From: Candidatus Heimdallarchaeota archaeon B3_Heim
GTDB taxonomy: Archaea > Asgardarchaeota > Heimdallarchaeia > Hodarchaeales > Hodarchaeaceae
Reading direction: 5' to 3'
Assembly (NCBI GenBank): GCA_003144275.1
Contig: NJBF01000020.1
Span: forward strand, 9,481-73,480
DNA length: 64,000 nucleotides
Part shown: piece by piece, positions 39,231 through 49,890 of the stretch
How the letters are laid out: each line of letters begins with the position of its first letter
How positions within the stretch are numbered: the first letter of the stretch is position 1
Program-made: the position numbers and the translations under genes
The notes under the pieces: model-generated
Databases searched by the model: none
What the model saw: the letters and a program-made list of their open reading frames with translations, nothing else
What the model was told of the DNA's origin: nothing

Positions 39231-39866
39231 ATGCCAATGAAAGAACATACTCCACAGAATACAAAAAATAATTCAAATTTCTATGACATTGATGAACAAA
39301 TTAAAGAATCTGACTCAAAAAAAGTCAAGATACCAACGTACAGTAAATCCATGGATAGCAAATCATCTCAGCAAAGCAAACAAGGGGAGCTAGAAAGCCA
39401 AATTGAGAAGCTTAAAGAAGAGTTAGTACAAAAGGAGAAGACTAATCAAAAAGATAAAGAGCGTTTTCTTCGTGCATTAGCTGATTATGAAAATCTTGAG
39501 AAGCGAACAAAAGCAGAAAGATCAAGAATATTAAAAAATGCTAATGCTAATCTTCTGACGACATTTCTTGAACTAGCAGATACGTTAGAAAAAGCAAAAT
39601 CAAGTTTTACTGATTCCTCGAATGCTAATACTGAATTAAAAGAGGGTTTTCTAGCAATTGAAAGACAGTTTTCAAGTATCTTGAACAATGCAGGAGTTGA
39701 AAGACTTGAATGTCTGGGGACAAAATTCGATCCAGCTTTCCATGAAGCTGTGTTCGTAAGAAAAGATCCAGGAGAGGGAGAAGACATAATTTTGGAAGAA
39801 GTTCAGGCTGGTTACACACTGAACACTACCTTACTACGACCTAGTAAAGTGATAATTGCAAAATAA
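39231..39866 (+). CDS. grpE: Nucleotide exchange factor GrpE
   Basis: Coiled-coil N-terminus and the conserved core RALADYENLEKR, then a C-terminal beta-domain. Its position is immediately 5' of dnaK. Confidence 0.75.
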   Translation: MPMKEHTPQNTKNNSNFYDIDEQIKESDSKKVKIPTYSKSMDSKSSQQSKQGELESQIEKLKEELVQKEKTNQKDKERFLRALADYENLEKRTKAERSRILKNANANLLTTFLELADTLEKAKSSFTDSSNANTELKEGFLAIERQFSSILNNAGVERLECLGTKFDPAFHEAVFVRKDPGEGEDIILEEVQAGYTLNTTLLRPSKVIIAK

Positions 39867-39887
39867 TAATATTAAGGTGAACACAAG

Positions 39888-41720
39888 ATGCCTAGACCAA
39901 TTGGTATAGATTTAGGAACAACTTTTTCTGCCATAGCCACAATGGAAGGTGGAAAAGCAAAGATTATTCCCAATGCGGAAGGTCAGCGAATTACTCCCTC
40001 TGTAGTATCCATTTCGAAAGAGGGTGAACGAGTAGTTGGAATACAAGCTAAAAGACAAGCTGTTTCCAACCATGAGAGGACAGTTAGATCCATAAAAAGA
40101 GAGATGGGAACTAAGTATACAGTGACTATTGATAGAAAGGTCTATAAACCTCCTGAAATAAGTGCAATGATTCTACAAAAACTAAAACGAGATGCTGAGG
40201 CTTATTTGGGTGAAACTATTACCCAAGCAGTAATTACCGTTCCAGCATATTTTTCTGATTCCCAACGTCAAGCTACAAAGGATGCTGGTAAAATTGCGGG
40301 GTTAGAGGTTCTAAGAATTATTAATGAACCCACAAGTGCTTCTTTAGCTTATGGAATGGACAAAGAAGAAGAATCGACAATTCTTGTTTTTGACTTGGGT
40401 GGTGGAACATTTGATGTTTCAATATTAGAATTATCCGAGGGTGTATTCGAGGTAAAAGCAACATCAGGTAATAATAGACTTGGGGGAGACGATTTTGATC
40501 AACGAATTATTGATTGGATGATTGAAGAGTTTAAAAAACAAACTGGGTTGGATCTTTCGAAAGATCCAATGGCATTACAACGATTGAGAGATGCAGCAGA
40601 ACAAGCAAAAATTGAGTTATCACAAAAAACTTCCTCAGATATCAATTTACCATATGTTTATGCTGATAACACTGGACCTAAACATCTGAATCTTTCTCTT
40701 ACAAGGTCAAAATTTGAAATTATGATCGCTGATCTCATTGAAAAAGCTATGGGTCCTACTCGACAAGCCTTAGCCGATGCAAAACTTAAGCCTTCCGAAA
40801 TTAATAAGATTTTACTCGTTGGTGGTTCTACTCGTGTTCCTGCCGTACAATCAGCATTACGTAACTATTTCAATAAAGAACTAACAAAAGAACTCAATCC
40901 TGATGAATGTGTAGCTCTGGGAGCAGCGATACAAGCCGCAATTATAACTGGTGAAGTAAAAGATGTTTTGTTGCTCGATGTTACTCCTTTGTCTTTAGGG
41001 ATAGAAACTCTAGGTGGAGTATTTACCAGGTTAATTGAAAGAAACACTACTATTCCAACTCATAAGAGTCAAATCTTCTCTACCGCAGCTGATAATCAAC
41101 CATCAGTTGAAATTCACGTATTACAAGGAGAAAGGAAAATGGCCACAGGGAATATAACCCTAGGCAAATTCCAATTGGTCGGAATACCTCCCGCTCCTAG
41201 AGGCGTTCCACAAATTGAGGTAAGCTTTGATATTGATGCCAATGGAATTGTAAATGTATCAGCAAAAGATCTTGGAACTGGAAATGAGCAGAAAATAACC
41301 ATTAAGAGTGATAGTGGCCTTTCAGAAACAGATTTCAAGAGAATGGCTGAGGAAGCAGAAAAATACGAGGAAGAAGATAATAAAAGATTGGAAGAAGCTG
41401 AAGCACGAAATAAAGCAGACTCACTTGTCTATCAAGTTGAAAAGATGATTAAGGATTTAGGTGAACAAGTGGATGCTACCACAAAAAGCAACGCAGAGAG
41501 TACGATTGAATCACTTAAATCATCTTTACAGAGCGGAAATATTCCAGATGTCATTAAAAAGAGTGAAGATCTAGAGAAAATTGCACATGAATTAGCACAG
41601 AAACTTTATGCTCAACAAGCTCCGCAAGGAGCACCAGGTGCAGGTTTTCAAGGGGCTCCATCGGGTCAAGATGACTCCGAAGTTGTAGACGTTGATTATG
41701 AGATTGTCGATGAAGAGTAA
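39888..41720 (+). CDS. dnaK: Hsp70 chaperone DnaK
   Basis: [25 protein letters not shown] and [11 protein letters not shown] actin-fold motifs. C-terminal lid with an EEVD-like tail (VDYEIVDEE). Confidence 0.9.
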   Translation: MPRPIGIDLGTTFSAIATMEGGKAKIIPNAEGQRITPSVVSISKEGERVVGIQAKRQAVSNHERTVRSIKREMGTKYTVTIDRKVYKPPEISAMILQKLKRDAEAYLGETITQAVITVPAYFSDSQRQATKDAGKIAGLEVLRIINEPTSASLAYGMDKEEESTILVFDLGGGTFDVSILELSEGVFEVKATSGNNRLGGDDFDQRIIDWMIEEFKKQTGLDLSKDPMALQRLRDAAEQAKIELSQKTSSDINLPYVYADNTGPKHLNLSLTRSKFEIMIADLIEKAMGPTRQALADAKLKPSEINKILLVGGSTRVPAVQSALRNYFNKELTKELNPDECVALGAAIQAAIITGEVKDVLLLDVTPLSLGIETLGGVFTRLIERNTTIPTHKSQIFSTAADNQPSVEIHVLQGERKMATGNITLGKFQLVGIPPAPRGVPQIEVSFDIDANGIVNVSAKDLGTGNEQKITIKSDSGLSETDFKRMAEEAEKYEEEDNKRLEEAEARNKADSLVYQVEKMIKDLGEQVDATTKSNAESTIESLKSSLQSGNIPDVIKKSEDLEKIAHELAQKLYAQQAPQGAPGAGFQGAPSGQDDSEVVDVDYEIVDEE

Positions 41721-41749
41721 TTGAAATCGTAAGAATTTATCAGGTGATA

Positions 41750-42901
41750 TGACTGAGTAAAAACAAAAAAGATTACTATGAGGTTCTTGGTGTCCAAAGG
41801 GACGCAGATGTTAAAGATATCAAGAAAGCCTTTCGAAAGTTAGCTCGGAAGTATCATCCTGATATGAACCCTGATGATCCAAGCGCAGAAGAGAAGTTTA
41901 AACAAGTAGCTGAAGCATTCGAAGTATTATCTGATAATGAAAAACGGCCTTTGTATGATCGATATGGTCATGAAGGCTTATCAGGCGCTTCATTCAGAGA
42001 TTTTTCAGGCATGGGGCTAGATGATCTTTTTGGTGGGTTTGGTATATTTGAAAATATCTTCAATGCCTTTGGAGGCGGAACTCAAGCTAGGACTTCCCGT
42101 TCTCGTGCGAGACGCGGTCAAGATGTAAGGCTTAACATTGATCTCTCTTTCGATGAGGCAATGAAGGGAATAAAGAAGTCAATTAAAGTCCCTAACTGGG
42201 CACAATGTCCTGTATGCCATGGCAATAGAATTAAAAAAGGCGAATCACTCATTAAGTGTAGTACCTGTGGTGGAGTAGGAGAAGTGCGTCAGGTTCAGAG
42301 AACGGCCTTTGGACAGATGATAAATATTACCACTTGCCCAAAATGCCGTGGAGAAGGTGAGAAGTTGAAAAAAGGGACAGAATGTGAGACTTGCAACGGA
42401 GTTGGCAAAGTTAAGCAAACTAGAACTGTTGAAGCTCATGTCCCTGCTGGGGTTGATACAGGAATGCGTGTGGTAGTTCAAGGAGAGGGCAGACCTGGTG
42501 AGTTGGGAGGACCTTCTGGGGATTTATATTTGGTAGTAAACATATCCCCTCATCCTTTCTTCCAAAGAAATGGTGCGGAAATTCTTCTGGAATATCCGAT
42601 TAGTTTTCTTGACGCCGTATTAGGGACAAAACTTACAATTCCTACAATTAACGGAGACGAGAAAGTTACAATCAAACCAGGTACTGAATCTGGGAAAATA
42701 ATTACCCTTAGAAAAAAAGGCGCCCCTAATCCTAATAGGTCTGGTCGTGGCGATATGCACATCGGAATTACTGTAAAATTTCCTAGTAAATTAGAAAAAA
42801 GTGTAAAACAAACATTACAGAAACTTCAAGAAGAAGACGAGGCAAAATATGTATTTAGAAATAATCCTGGATTAGCTAAATACTTAGGTTCCCAAAAATA
42901 A
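41750..42901 (+). CDS. dnaJ: Chaperone DnaJ (type I: J domain, G/F region, 4x CxxCxGxG zinc finger); the N-terminus is disrupted
   Basis: The ORF track starts at M of MNPDDPS (41864), just after the HPD motif. J-domain helices I-III ([32 protein letters not shown]) are encoded in frame at 41762-41863 with no ATG/GTG/TTG. The only upstream ATG (41750) is followed by an in-frame TAA at 41759. Zinc-finger repeats [32 protein letters not shown]. Confidence 0.6.
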
Positions 42902-42937
42902 TAGATTTTATGACATATGAGGATAGTATAGATTTTT

Positions 42938-44035
42938 CTATTCCTCTAAAGGAGTCAATTTTCGTAATTTAGATAATTTTCGGGTTCTGAAAGATTCCCA
43001 GGGCGTATTCATTAAAATTTCCCAATTTAAGTAGCATGAACAAATTTCTGAGAAATTTTCTGGTAGCTTTTCTCTTTGGACAGCTTTTTCAATCAGCTTA
43101 AGTACAATTTTATCACATTTTCCACAATTGTGAGCTCCTCGTTCTTTACCTGCGGCTGTGGGGTCACAAATAATTTTTATATTAGGAGCAATCTCATTAG
43201 CGATCTTAATCAGATGAAGTACAGTCCATAACCAAGGAGGTTGATATTCATCCTTTCTAAAAAGTTCGTAGATCAACGTCCCATTCTGAATATTACATGG
43301 ATTTATTGAGATAACATCTGTTCCCATTTGTTTCGCATCGAAAACAGTCTTAATGGAATCTCTCAATGCTTCTTGTTCACTAAGAAACGGAGGTTTAATA
43401 AAAACGTAACTTTTAACTTCAACACCTATTGGTTGTAAATATTTTAGACTAGATTCGTAATCTTCTAGGGTTGTCCCCTTATTCCAGCAATCTAGTAATA
43501 TTGCGTTGTTAGAGCTCTCTAAACCAATACCAATTTCTAATTTGATTTCTGAAAGACGTTTGAGAATTCCTTCAATGGTTGTTTTCTCTTTTAAAATGAA
43601 TTCTGGTCTACATTCGACAGATAATTTAATTATCTGCCCAGAACTTTTAATAAGATCTATAATGGTCTTTCTTAATTCCTCTGGAACATCGTTCTTATCA
43701 AAAAAGCTCCCCGAATTGAAAATCTGTAACTCAAGTGGTTTATTATATTTAGTTTCAATTATTAATCTTCTTAATTCATCTTCAATCTTTGTGACTGGGA
43801 TTTGATTCTCTCTTGAGGAATCATTGACATATCCACAAACTGAGCATCCTCCATTGTCCGATAAAGCCCAACTACATCCCTTGGATGGGATTACTATGGT
43901 CACGGTGATATAATCCTCTTTTTCTGACACACTACTCCATATTTTGGAATGAGAGGTATCTGACACCTGAGTAAGGTACTTGTGACGAATTTCTTGAATT
44001 CTGTCCGAAATAAGAGGATTGACTTGTTTATGCAT
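42938..44035 (-). CDS. Radical-SAM-like protein of the archaeosine-synthase partner (RaSEA/TIGR01210-like) family
   Basis: Cys cluster PSKGCSWALSDNGGCSVCGY near the N-terminus. A second cluster AHNCGKCDK. Overlaps the ArcS-like gene by 8 nt. Confidence 0.4.
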   Translation of the reverse strand: MHKQVNPLISDRIQEIRHKYLTQVSDTSHSKIWSSVSEKEDYITVTIVIPSKGCSWALSDNGGCSVCGYVNDSSRENQIPVTKIEDELRRLIIETKYNKPLELQIFNSGSFFDKNDVPEELRKTIIDLIKSSGQIIKLSVECRPEFILKEKTTIEGILKRLSEIKLEIGIGLESSNNAILLDCWNKGTTLEDYESSLKYLQPIGVEVKSYVFIKPPFLSEQEALRDSIKTVFDAKQMGTDVISINPCNIQNGTLIYELFRKDEYQPPWLWTVLHLIKIANEIAPNIKIICDPTAAGKERGAHNCGKCDKIVLKLIEKAVQREKLPENFSEICSCYLNWEILMNTPWESFRTRKLSKLRKLTPLEE

Positions 44036-45944
44036 TTTCTTTCACCTTCTGACGAATTTTTACACCTAATCCCCGAGGCATGTCGACTAATAGCTTCCCT
44101 GGAAGATAAGCGACTCCTGTAGCCATGAGTTCTTCATTTTCATTAACTACTATCACTTCATCATTTATCCTGATTTCATGATCAGCCTGTCTAATGGCAT
44201 TGGCAAATATTGTAGTTCCCCTTATACTTTCCCCATCAAATCTCACTATATTTTTCGATGTGCCAATCATACGTCTTGCAGCTTCTAGTGATAACGTTAA
44301 AAAGCCAGTAGAGGACCGAAAAGTCAATAGATGCTTACCAGCAAGTTGAATTCGGATACCGAGTTCTTTATATCCTTGAAGTCTTACATTTTCAGGGATT
44401 AGTAACTTTCCTACTCCAAATCCAAATTGATAATCGGCGACTACTCGTAAAAAATCTAGGAGCTTATTTCTCTTTGGAATTGTTTTTATTATTAGTTTTT
44501 CAGTGAGGAGATGTCTAAACTGATATAAACTTTCTTTTGAGGTTAGAGCTGGGACATCATCATCTATAATGTGAACAACTCTGTCTAAATTCTTGCAAAC
44601 ATCAACAAGCACTCTTTTTTCCGTTCCTTTTACATATCCCAAAAGTTGAATAGTAGTTGGGCAGTTTTTCAGAAAATTTTCAAGATCCTCAGCAAGTTGT
44701 TCTCGTTCTAGACTACTCCAATCTCCAGTAACTGGTATATCGTAATGCGCAGCGGGGTATGTATATTCTAACTCTCTGGGGACAATTCCTAGCGGACTTG
44801 TGAGAATAATCTCTGCAAGAGAGTGGCGTCGACTTTTCAGAGTTCTTCGAATAGCACTTTGGAAAGCACGATGTGATTTCGATTGAGAGTAGGGTTTCCT
44901 TGCGGAACATGGAAGGAAAACAATACCTTGTATATGAGAAGCTAGTCGATATCTATCTCTTACCCTTTCTCTAAAGCGTTTAACCTCTGGTCTAGAAAAA
45001 TCAGTTTCATCTGTACAGTAAAGTGATTTTGCCCCATAAATTGTTGTTCCTTGATCTAGCGGTATTTGCTTGTCAATCATTCGGAGCAATGTCTTCTGGG
45101 GGGGATATGAATTTGCGTATATTCGGACTAAATCACGTAATTTACCTGATTTAAGAGCAGATTTTATACGATTTATTACGAGTTTATAATCCTCCGCATT
45201 ATTATCCATTTCCAATATATTACCTCCGTTTGTAAGTGTAGAGAGGAAAGTAAAATCAAATAAATCAATACCCAGATAGGTCAGGATGGGAAAAAATGAA
45301 GAGGGTACTCCAGGTGCGTATAGCATAACATCAGGCGTAATAATTTCTTTTATTGACGATAAATATTGCAATAGAAATTTCGGATGGTTCAGTAATGACG
45401 AAATATCTCCTAAACTAATGATTCCAACTTTAAAAGGGATGAGTTCTTTTAAAGATTCAGCTAGATTAGATCTAAATGGGATATTAACCATAAACTTGGA
45501 CTGGAGAATACTAGTTATTGAGATTAAACGTTTAATGGTTGAAATATATTCATTAATGTGATCTAAATAGATTTCAGGTAAATCCCAAGGAATTAAATGG
45601 AAAAACTCGTCTCGAGATACCAATGATTGGAAGATCTCGGGAAATAAATCTTCTATTCTAGTCAAATTAGACAAAGATTTCCCCTGCATCTGTAAAGATG
45701 AATATAGAATACATGTGGGAAATGATGATAATTCTGGTTGTTGATGCTGTGATTGGAAAAAAGTCTCAAGATTTGATTTGCTTAGAATTTTTTTTAATTT
45801 ATATGAGTCTTGATTTTCAATTGGAGATAAGTCATCTTCTCTTCTCATCTGAAGATTAAGAAACGTAGGTGTTTCATAAGGTCGTCCCAATAGAACATTC
45901 CCAAGTCTCCCCAATCCCTCAAATTTTCGTATTTCAAATGACAT
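44028..45944 (-). CDS. arcS: Archaeosine synthase-like protein (ArcS; TGT-like N-domain plus C-terminal PUA-like domain)
   Basis: N-terminus FEGLGRLGNVLLGRPYETPTF resembles the TGT family. C-terminal PUA-like INDEVIVVNENEELMATGVAYL. 638 aa. Paired with the RaSEA-like gene. Confidence 0.5.
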   Translation of the reverse strand: MSFEIRKFEGLGRLGNVLLGRPYETPTFLNLQMRREDDLSPIENQDSYKLKKILSKSNLETFFQSQHQQPELSSFPTCILYSSLQMQGKSLSNLTRIEDLFPEIFQSLVSRDEFFHLIPWDLPEIYLDHINEYISTIKRLISITSILQSKFMVNIPFRSNLAESLKELIPFKVGIISLGDISSLLNHPKFLLQYLSSIKEIITPDVMLYAPGVPSSFFPILTYLGIDLFDFTFLSTLTNGGNILEMDNNAEDYKLVINRIKSALKSGKLRDLVRIYANSYPPQKTLLRMIDKQIPLDQGTTIYGAKSLYCTDETDFSRPEVKRFRERVRDRYRLASHIQGIVFLPCSARKPYSQSKSHRAFQSAIRRTLKSRRHSLAEIILTSPLGIVPRELEYTYPAAHYDIPVTGDWSSLEREQLAEDLENFLKNCPTTIQLLGYVKGTEKRVLVDVCKNLDRVVHIIDDDVPALTSKESLYQFRHLLTEKLIIKTIPKRNKLLDFLRVVADYQFGFGVGKLLIPENVRLQGYKELGIRIQLAGKHLLTFRSSTGFLTLSLEAARRMIGTSKNIVRFDGESIRGTTIFANAIRQADHEIRINDEVIVVNENEELMATGVAYLPGKLLVDMPRGLGVKIRQKVKENA

Positions 45945-46255
45945 GCCTTTCTACTCCTTAGTTTACCCAGAATATTCTTGAAATTTCCTCTAACTCGAAA
46001 GATATTAGCATAATCGTCAAAGATGAACAGATAGGATTCCAGTAATAATGTTGATTATTGAAAATACGAAACAGATGTCAAAGATTTCTGGTGTGTTATT
46101 TTATGGAAATTTCATTCTCCACTTATTTTAGATCGAAATATAGAATATCATCTAGATAATATCCGTATTGATAGAGGACATGAGATATGAATATTTGATG
46201 AAAATTAGATCCCTTTAACCCAAGGATCATTGTCATTATTTGAAAATCACACAGA

Positions 46256-47683
46256 TTGAAAGTGAATTTTACCTTGAGTTCGTCTATTAGTAATACAACG
46301 ATGATGGAGTATTTTCGTCCAAGAGGAAAAATCGTTTGCCTTGGAGATAATATGAAATCTGAACTCGAACTGATAAAGAACATTCTAGACATAAACAATG
46401 ATAAGAGAGTACCAGTTCTTCTGCTCAGTTCTTCCACTGATCTTAGTGAATATGCAGATCAAGTAGTTATCTTTGATTCGGATTCAACAATTGCTCAAGT
46501 TCATAATCTTTTGAACTCCTCATTTTTATTTTTTTTGTTTAATTCTTCTGAACATGGAATACTGAGAATTTTAGGTACAATCCTAGCCTCAATTGAATAC
46601 AGAGGCACGATCCCTATTTTTATCGATACTGGTAGAGGTCTCCCTCCAGATCAAAAGAAAAATCTAGGTGAATGTTATTTTCACTTCGATTTATTAGAGG
46701 ATATCAATCAAAAGAGTTTTTCAATATTTCTAGAAAACATAATATCTGTGTTATCACCTGTTTCTGGGCTTGGGATATCATTTTCAGATTTAATTCAAAT
46801 TTTTGGAAAATCTAAAAGTCTTTTTTATGGAATTTCACAATCAACCCTCTTGGAACAAGTTCTAGAAGATTTAGTTGATCAAATTGGGGGAAAGCTTGTC
46901 CAAACATTGCCTGAAGAACTTGAAAATCTTGAAGCTATCTTTATCTCTGTTATTTCAGGAAAATCACTCAGTTTGCAAATTATGAATAAGATAACCTCAA
47001 AATTTGCTTCGACATTTGGTATGGAATTCAATATCCATTTTTCTAATTCTGTAGAATCTGATCTCCAGGGTTACAAAACGATGGCCATACTTACAGATCT
47101 TCACCCAATAAATGAAATTTTTCCAGTTGCGAATCCCTTTCTAATGTTAGATTTTGATAATGAGACTGAAGACACTTCTGATGAATTATCCTTTTCAAAT
47201 TCCAAAGAAAAACCATTGAAAGAAAATGAGGAGGATATGAGATTCCATATTTTGGGTAAAATATTTTCTGAATCTGAGGTTTACATATTTGATGATGGAG
47301 GGCTTCCTCTATTTGCTAGTCACCGTCCAGCTGGGCAAGAAGTTTGTCTATATACTGGATTATTCTCTGCAATTCAATCTATGAGTTCAGATTTAATTGG
47401 TCATTCTCCAGACCATCTTACTGCGGGGGATAAAGAATGTGTATTTGTGTCACAGAAAGGTCCAAATCAAGTACAACTAAGAGGAGTTGCCATTTGTCAA
47501 GGCGGACAGGAAGAAACTGCTAGAAATGACCTCAAAGTTTCTATGGATTTAGTTCATCGTGTAATGCTACAGGGAGAACCAGAATACGCTATAAATGATA
47601 AAATCCAAGGCATTCTTGTTAAAAGTTTCCAGAAGGGAGAACTATCTAATGGCTTTGCCTTAGCAAAATATCAAGCAAGCTAA
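46256..47683 (+). CDS. Hypothetical protein with a possible C-terminal Roadblock/longin-like region
   Basis: 475 aa. C-terminal EVYIFDDGGLPLFASHRPAGQEVCLYTGLFSAIQSMSSDLIG fits an alpha/beta regulatory fold. No P-loop. Confidence 0.25.
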   Translation: MKVNFTLSSSISNTTMMEYFRPRGKIVCLGDNMKSELELIKNILDINNDKRVPVLLLSSSTDLSEYADQVVIFDSDSTIAQVHNLLNSSFLFFLFNSSEHGILRILGTILASIEYRGTIPIFIDTGRGLPPDQKKNLGECYFHFDLLEDINQKSFSIFLENIISVLSPVSGLGISFSDLIQIFGKSKSLFYGISQSTLLEQVLEDLVDQIGGKLVQTLPEELENLEAIFISVISGKSLSLQIMNKITSKFASTFGMEFNIHFSNSVESDLQGYKTMAILTDLHPINEIFPVANPFLMLDFDNETEDTSDELSFSNSKEKPLKENEEDMRFHILGKIFSESEVYIFDDGGLPLFASHRPAGQEVCLYTGLFSAIQSMSSDLIGHSPDHLTAGDKECVFVSQKGPNQVQLRGVAICQGGQEETARNDLKVSMDLVHRVMLQGEPEYAINDKIQGILVKSFQKGELSNGFALAKYQAS

Positions 47684-47697
47684 CTTATTTCTACAGA

Positions 47698-48333
47698 TTA
47701 TTTAGAAATAGGATTAATAGCTTCATTTGTTTGGTAACGTTCATAAACTTTTTCAACATAACCAAACTCTTCAATTAGTTCATGAATTCTTGTCGATTCA
47801 ATATAGATTTCAGAGGTCCATAAAATCAAGTACGCAGTAATCATAGGCAATTGAGGGGTAACTGATTCCTGTATTTCAAATAGGATCTGTTTACGTAGAG
47901 CGAGCTCTGTTTCATACATATCAATTATTTCTCGAATGGTATTTTCAGCTTGATCTATAATCTCTAAATCATGAGGCCATTCATTATTATCTTTTACTGC
48001 TCGATTTTTCGCTGGTTGAAGAATATCACAACGAAAGCTCTGTTCTATTTTTCTCATCTCGCGAATTACATCTTTAAAATGAGTTAAATAAGCATTCAAT
48101 TCGGTGATATGCCTATTGATAGATTCTGCGAGATTATAAGCTAGTCTGCCCTGAACGTCATCAAACTTAGTCTTTATTACTTCGGAAAAGACATCTGATC
48201 TTTGAGTCAGGTTAAATCGTGATAAGATATTGAGTACCATGTTTACAGTTCGTAACGACTGGCCTTGAACGGTGGTCCACTTTTTTTGAGAGATTTGTAA
48301 CCTCTTTTTAAAGACCCGAATGCTCTGACTCAT
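47698..48333 (-). CDS. Hypothetical helical protein
   Basis: 211-aa ORF with no recognisable motif. Confidence 0.25.
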   Translation of the reverse strand: MSQSIRVFKKRLQISQKKWTTVQGQSLRTVNMVLNILSRFNLTQRSDVFSEVIKTKFDDVQGRLAYNLAESINRHITELNAYLTHFKDVIREMRKIEQSFRCDILQPAKNRAVKDNNEWPHDLEIIDQAENTIREIIDMYETELALRKQILFEIQESVTPQLPMITAYLILWTSEIYIESTRIHELIEEFGYVEKVYERYQTNEAINPISK

Positions 48334-48489
48334 AACCAGTCAAATCCTATCTTTTTCGACTTTCTCACCATGAATGAAAATATGGTTAAGAAAACAAGTC
48401 CTCGAATCAGGAAGTGATACTCATTCCTTTAATATTATACCTAATGATTGAGGCACAAAATAATTCCGTTCTGAAAGACTTACCCAAAT

Positions 48490-49890
48490 GGGACTGATAA
48501 GAATAATCAAGAAGAATTATTCGAAACAACCGTTGGAGCTGTTCTTCCTGATTCATCGACGCGTGCCTGCTCTGATGCAGGTCTTACCACCTCTCCACAG
48601 ACATTTAAGGTCTCCGCAGAACTCTCGGCGACCGGAAAGAGTAGGAACTGATAGATAGTATAATAATTAGCAACATTACGGGCAGCGTTCTGATCACGAT
48701 CTAATGCCAACCCGCATAACGGGCAATGAAAAATCCGATCAGCTAACGTCAGATCACGACGGTAATAAAGGCAATTCGAGCATAATTTCGAGGAAGGAAA
48801 CCAGCGATCGATCTCAATCACCTTAGAGCCATATAAGGGCGCCTTATATGCGAGGAAACGCTGAAACAGACCATGTGAAAGATCGGCCCAATATTTACTC
48901 AGCTTCTTATTTTGCATTAATCCTTTGACATGTAAATCCTCGGTAACTATCACGCTGTGGTTTTTAGCCAGATAAGTTGAGGTCTGATGCAAAAAATTAT
49001 GCCTTTGGTTGGTGATTCGACGATAGAATCGCGCTAAGCGGAGGGCAGACTTCCGTTTATTATTTGAGACGTTCTGTTTCCGAGAATGAACTTTTGATAA
49101 TCGATCCTGTTTTCGAGCTTGACGGAGGAGGAATTTGGGACGAGTGATAGGTATTCCCGAAGATAACGCTGTAAAGACGGATAAGCCTTTATCCAGGGCA
49201 ATAATTGGGCCATCGTTTGGGTTACAATCTGGTTGTACCTCTTTTACCGTAAGAGCCACATACCAGCGATCCGCAGTCCGAGAAACCGTGACACTCAGTA
49301 TCCGTGCTGATACAGGTAAATTTGGCCTTTCTTTTAACCGTAATTTACCTAAGCGAGGTAATTGCACCTGTTTTACCTTTTGAAAAAGATGAATCACTCC
49401 AGTCAATCGAAAGCTGTCCTTACACTTGCCTTTTTTCTTGAAAATGGGTAAGCCGATATAACGGGTGGTTTGCTTCCGTTTTATTTGTTGATGATTGGTG
49501 AAGAAATTCTGATAGCCACGATCTAAGTCGCGGAGTGCCTCTTGCGGGACACATTTCGAAACCTCATACATCCAAGGAAAATCTGTTAGTTTCAAGCGAT
49601 TTAATTCTTTATGCTGTTTCATAGCATCGGTATAGCGAGCAGCACCTGCTCGCGTTCGATAACGCGATTTCCGATTGGCTAATCCCCAGTTCCAGGCAAA
49701 TCGTGATATACCTGCATATTTGGTCAGTAGCGTCCGTTCTTTGTTATTCACTGTTAATTCGTACTTGTATCCTCGTGTACGGAGCATCCCTGACCATCCT
49801 TACTTAGACCCACTATCAGAACCTAGCAATACTGATTGATTACGCGTTTTTCTTCTTATAAACCTACTAGGCCACGTGATCTAAATCAAA
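48490..49890 (-). mobile_element. IS200/IS605-family insertion sequence (TnpB-only, IS1341-like). GC-rich relative to its flanks
   Basis: Sharp compositional shift to GC-rich sequence from about 48500 to about 49885, bracketing a complete tnpB. The exact ends and hairpins are not resolved. Confidence 0.55.
48507..49787 (-). CDS. tnpB: TnpB (IS605 OrfB) RNA-guided endonuclease-family transposase accessory protein
   Basis: OrfB N-terminus YKYELTVNNKERTLLTKYAGISRFAWNWGL. RuvC-I IALDKGLS, RuvC-II VIVTEDLHVKGL, zinc finger CSNC...CPLCG, RuvC-III DRDQNAARNV. Confidence 0.85.
   Translation of the reverse strand: MLRTRGYKYELTVNNKERTLLTKYAGISRFAWNWGLANRKSRYRTRAGAARYTDAMKQHKELNRLKLTDFPWMYEVSKCVPQEALRDLDRGYQNFFTNHQQIKRKQTTRYIGLPIFKKKGKCKDSFRLTGVIHLFQKVKQVQLPRLGKLRLKERPNLPVSARILSVTVSRTADRWYVALTVKEVQPDCNPNDGPIIALDKGLSVFTALSSGIPITRPKFLLRQARKQDRLSKVHSRKQNVSNNKRKSALRLARFYRRITNQRHNFLHQTSTYLAKNHSVIVTEDLHVKGLMQNKKLSKYWADLSHGLFQRFLAYKAPLYGSKVIEIDRWFPSSKLCSNCLYYRRDLTLADRIFHCPLCGLALDRDQNAARNVANYYTIYQFLLFPVAESSAETLNVCGEVVRPASEQARVDESGRTAPTVVSNNSS

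Noticed and set aside
46123-46437. 104-aa minus-strand ORF overlapping the start of the 475-aa gene
   Set aside because: Low-complexity sequence in an AT-rich promoter region, overlapping a better-supported gene.
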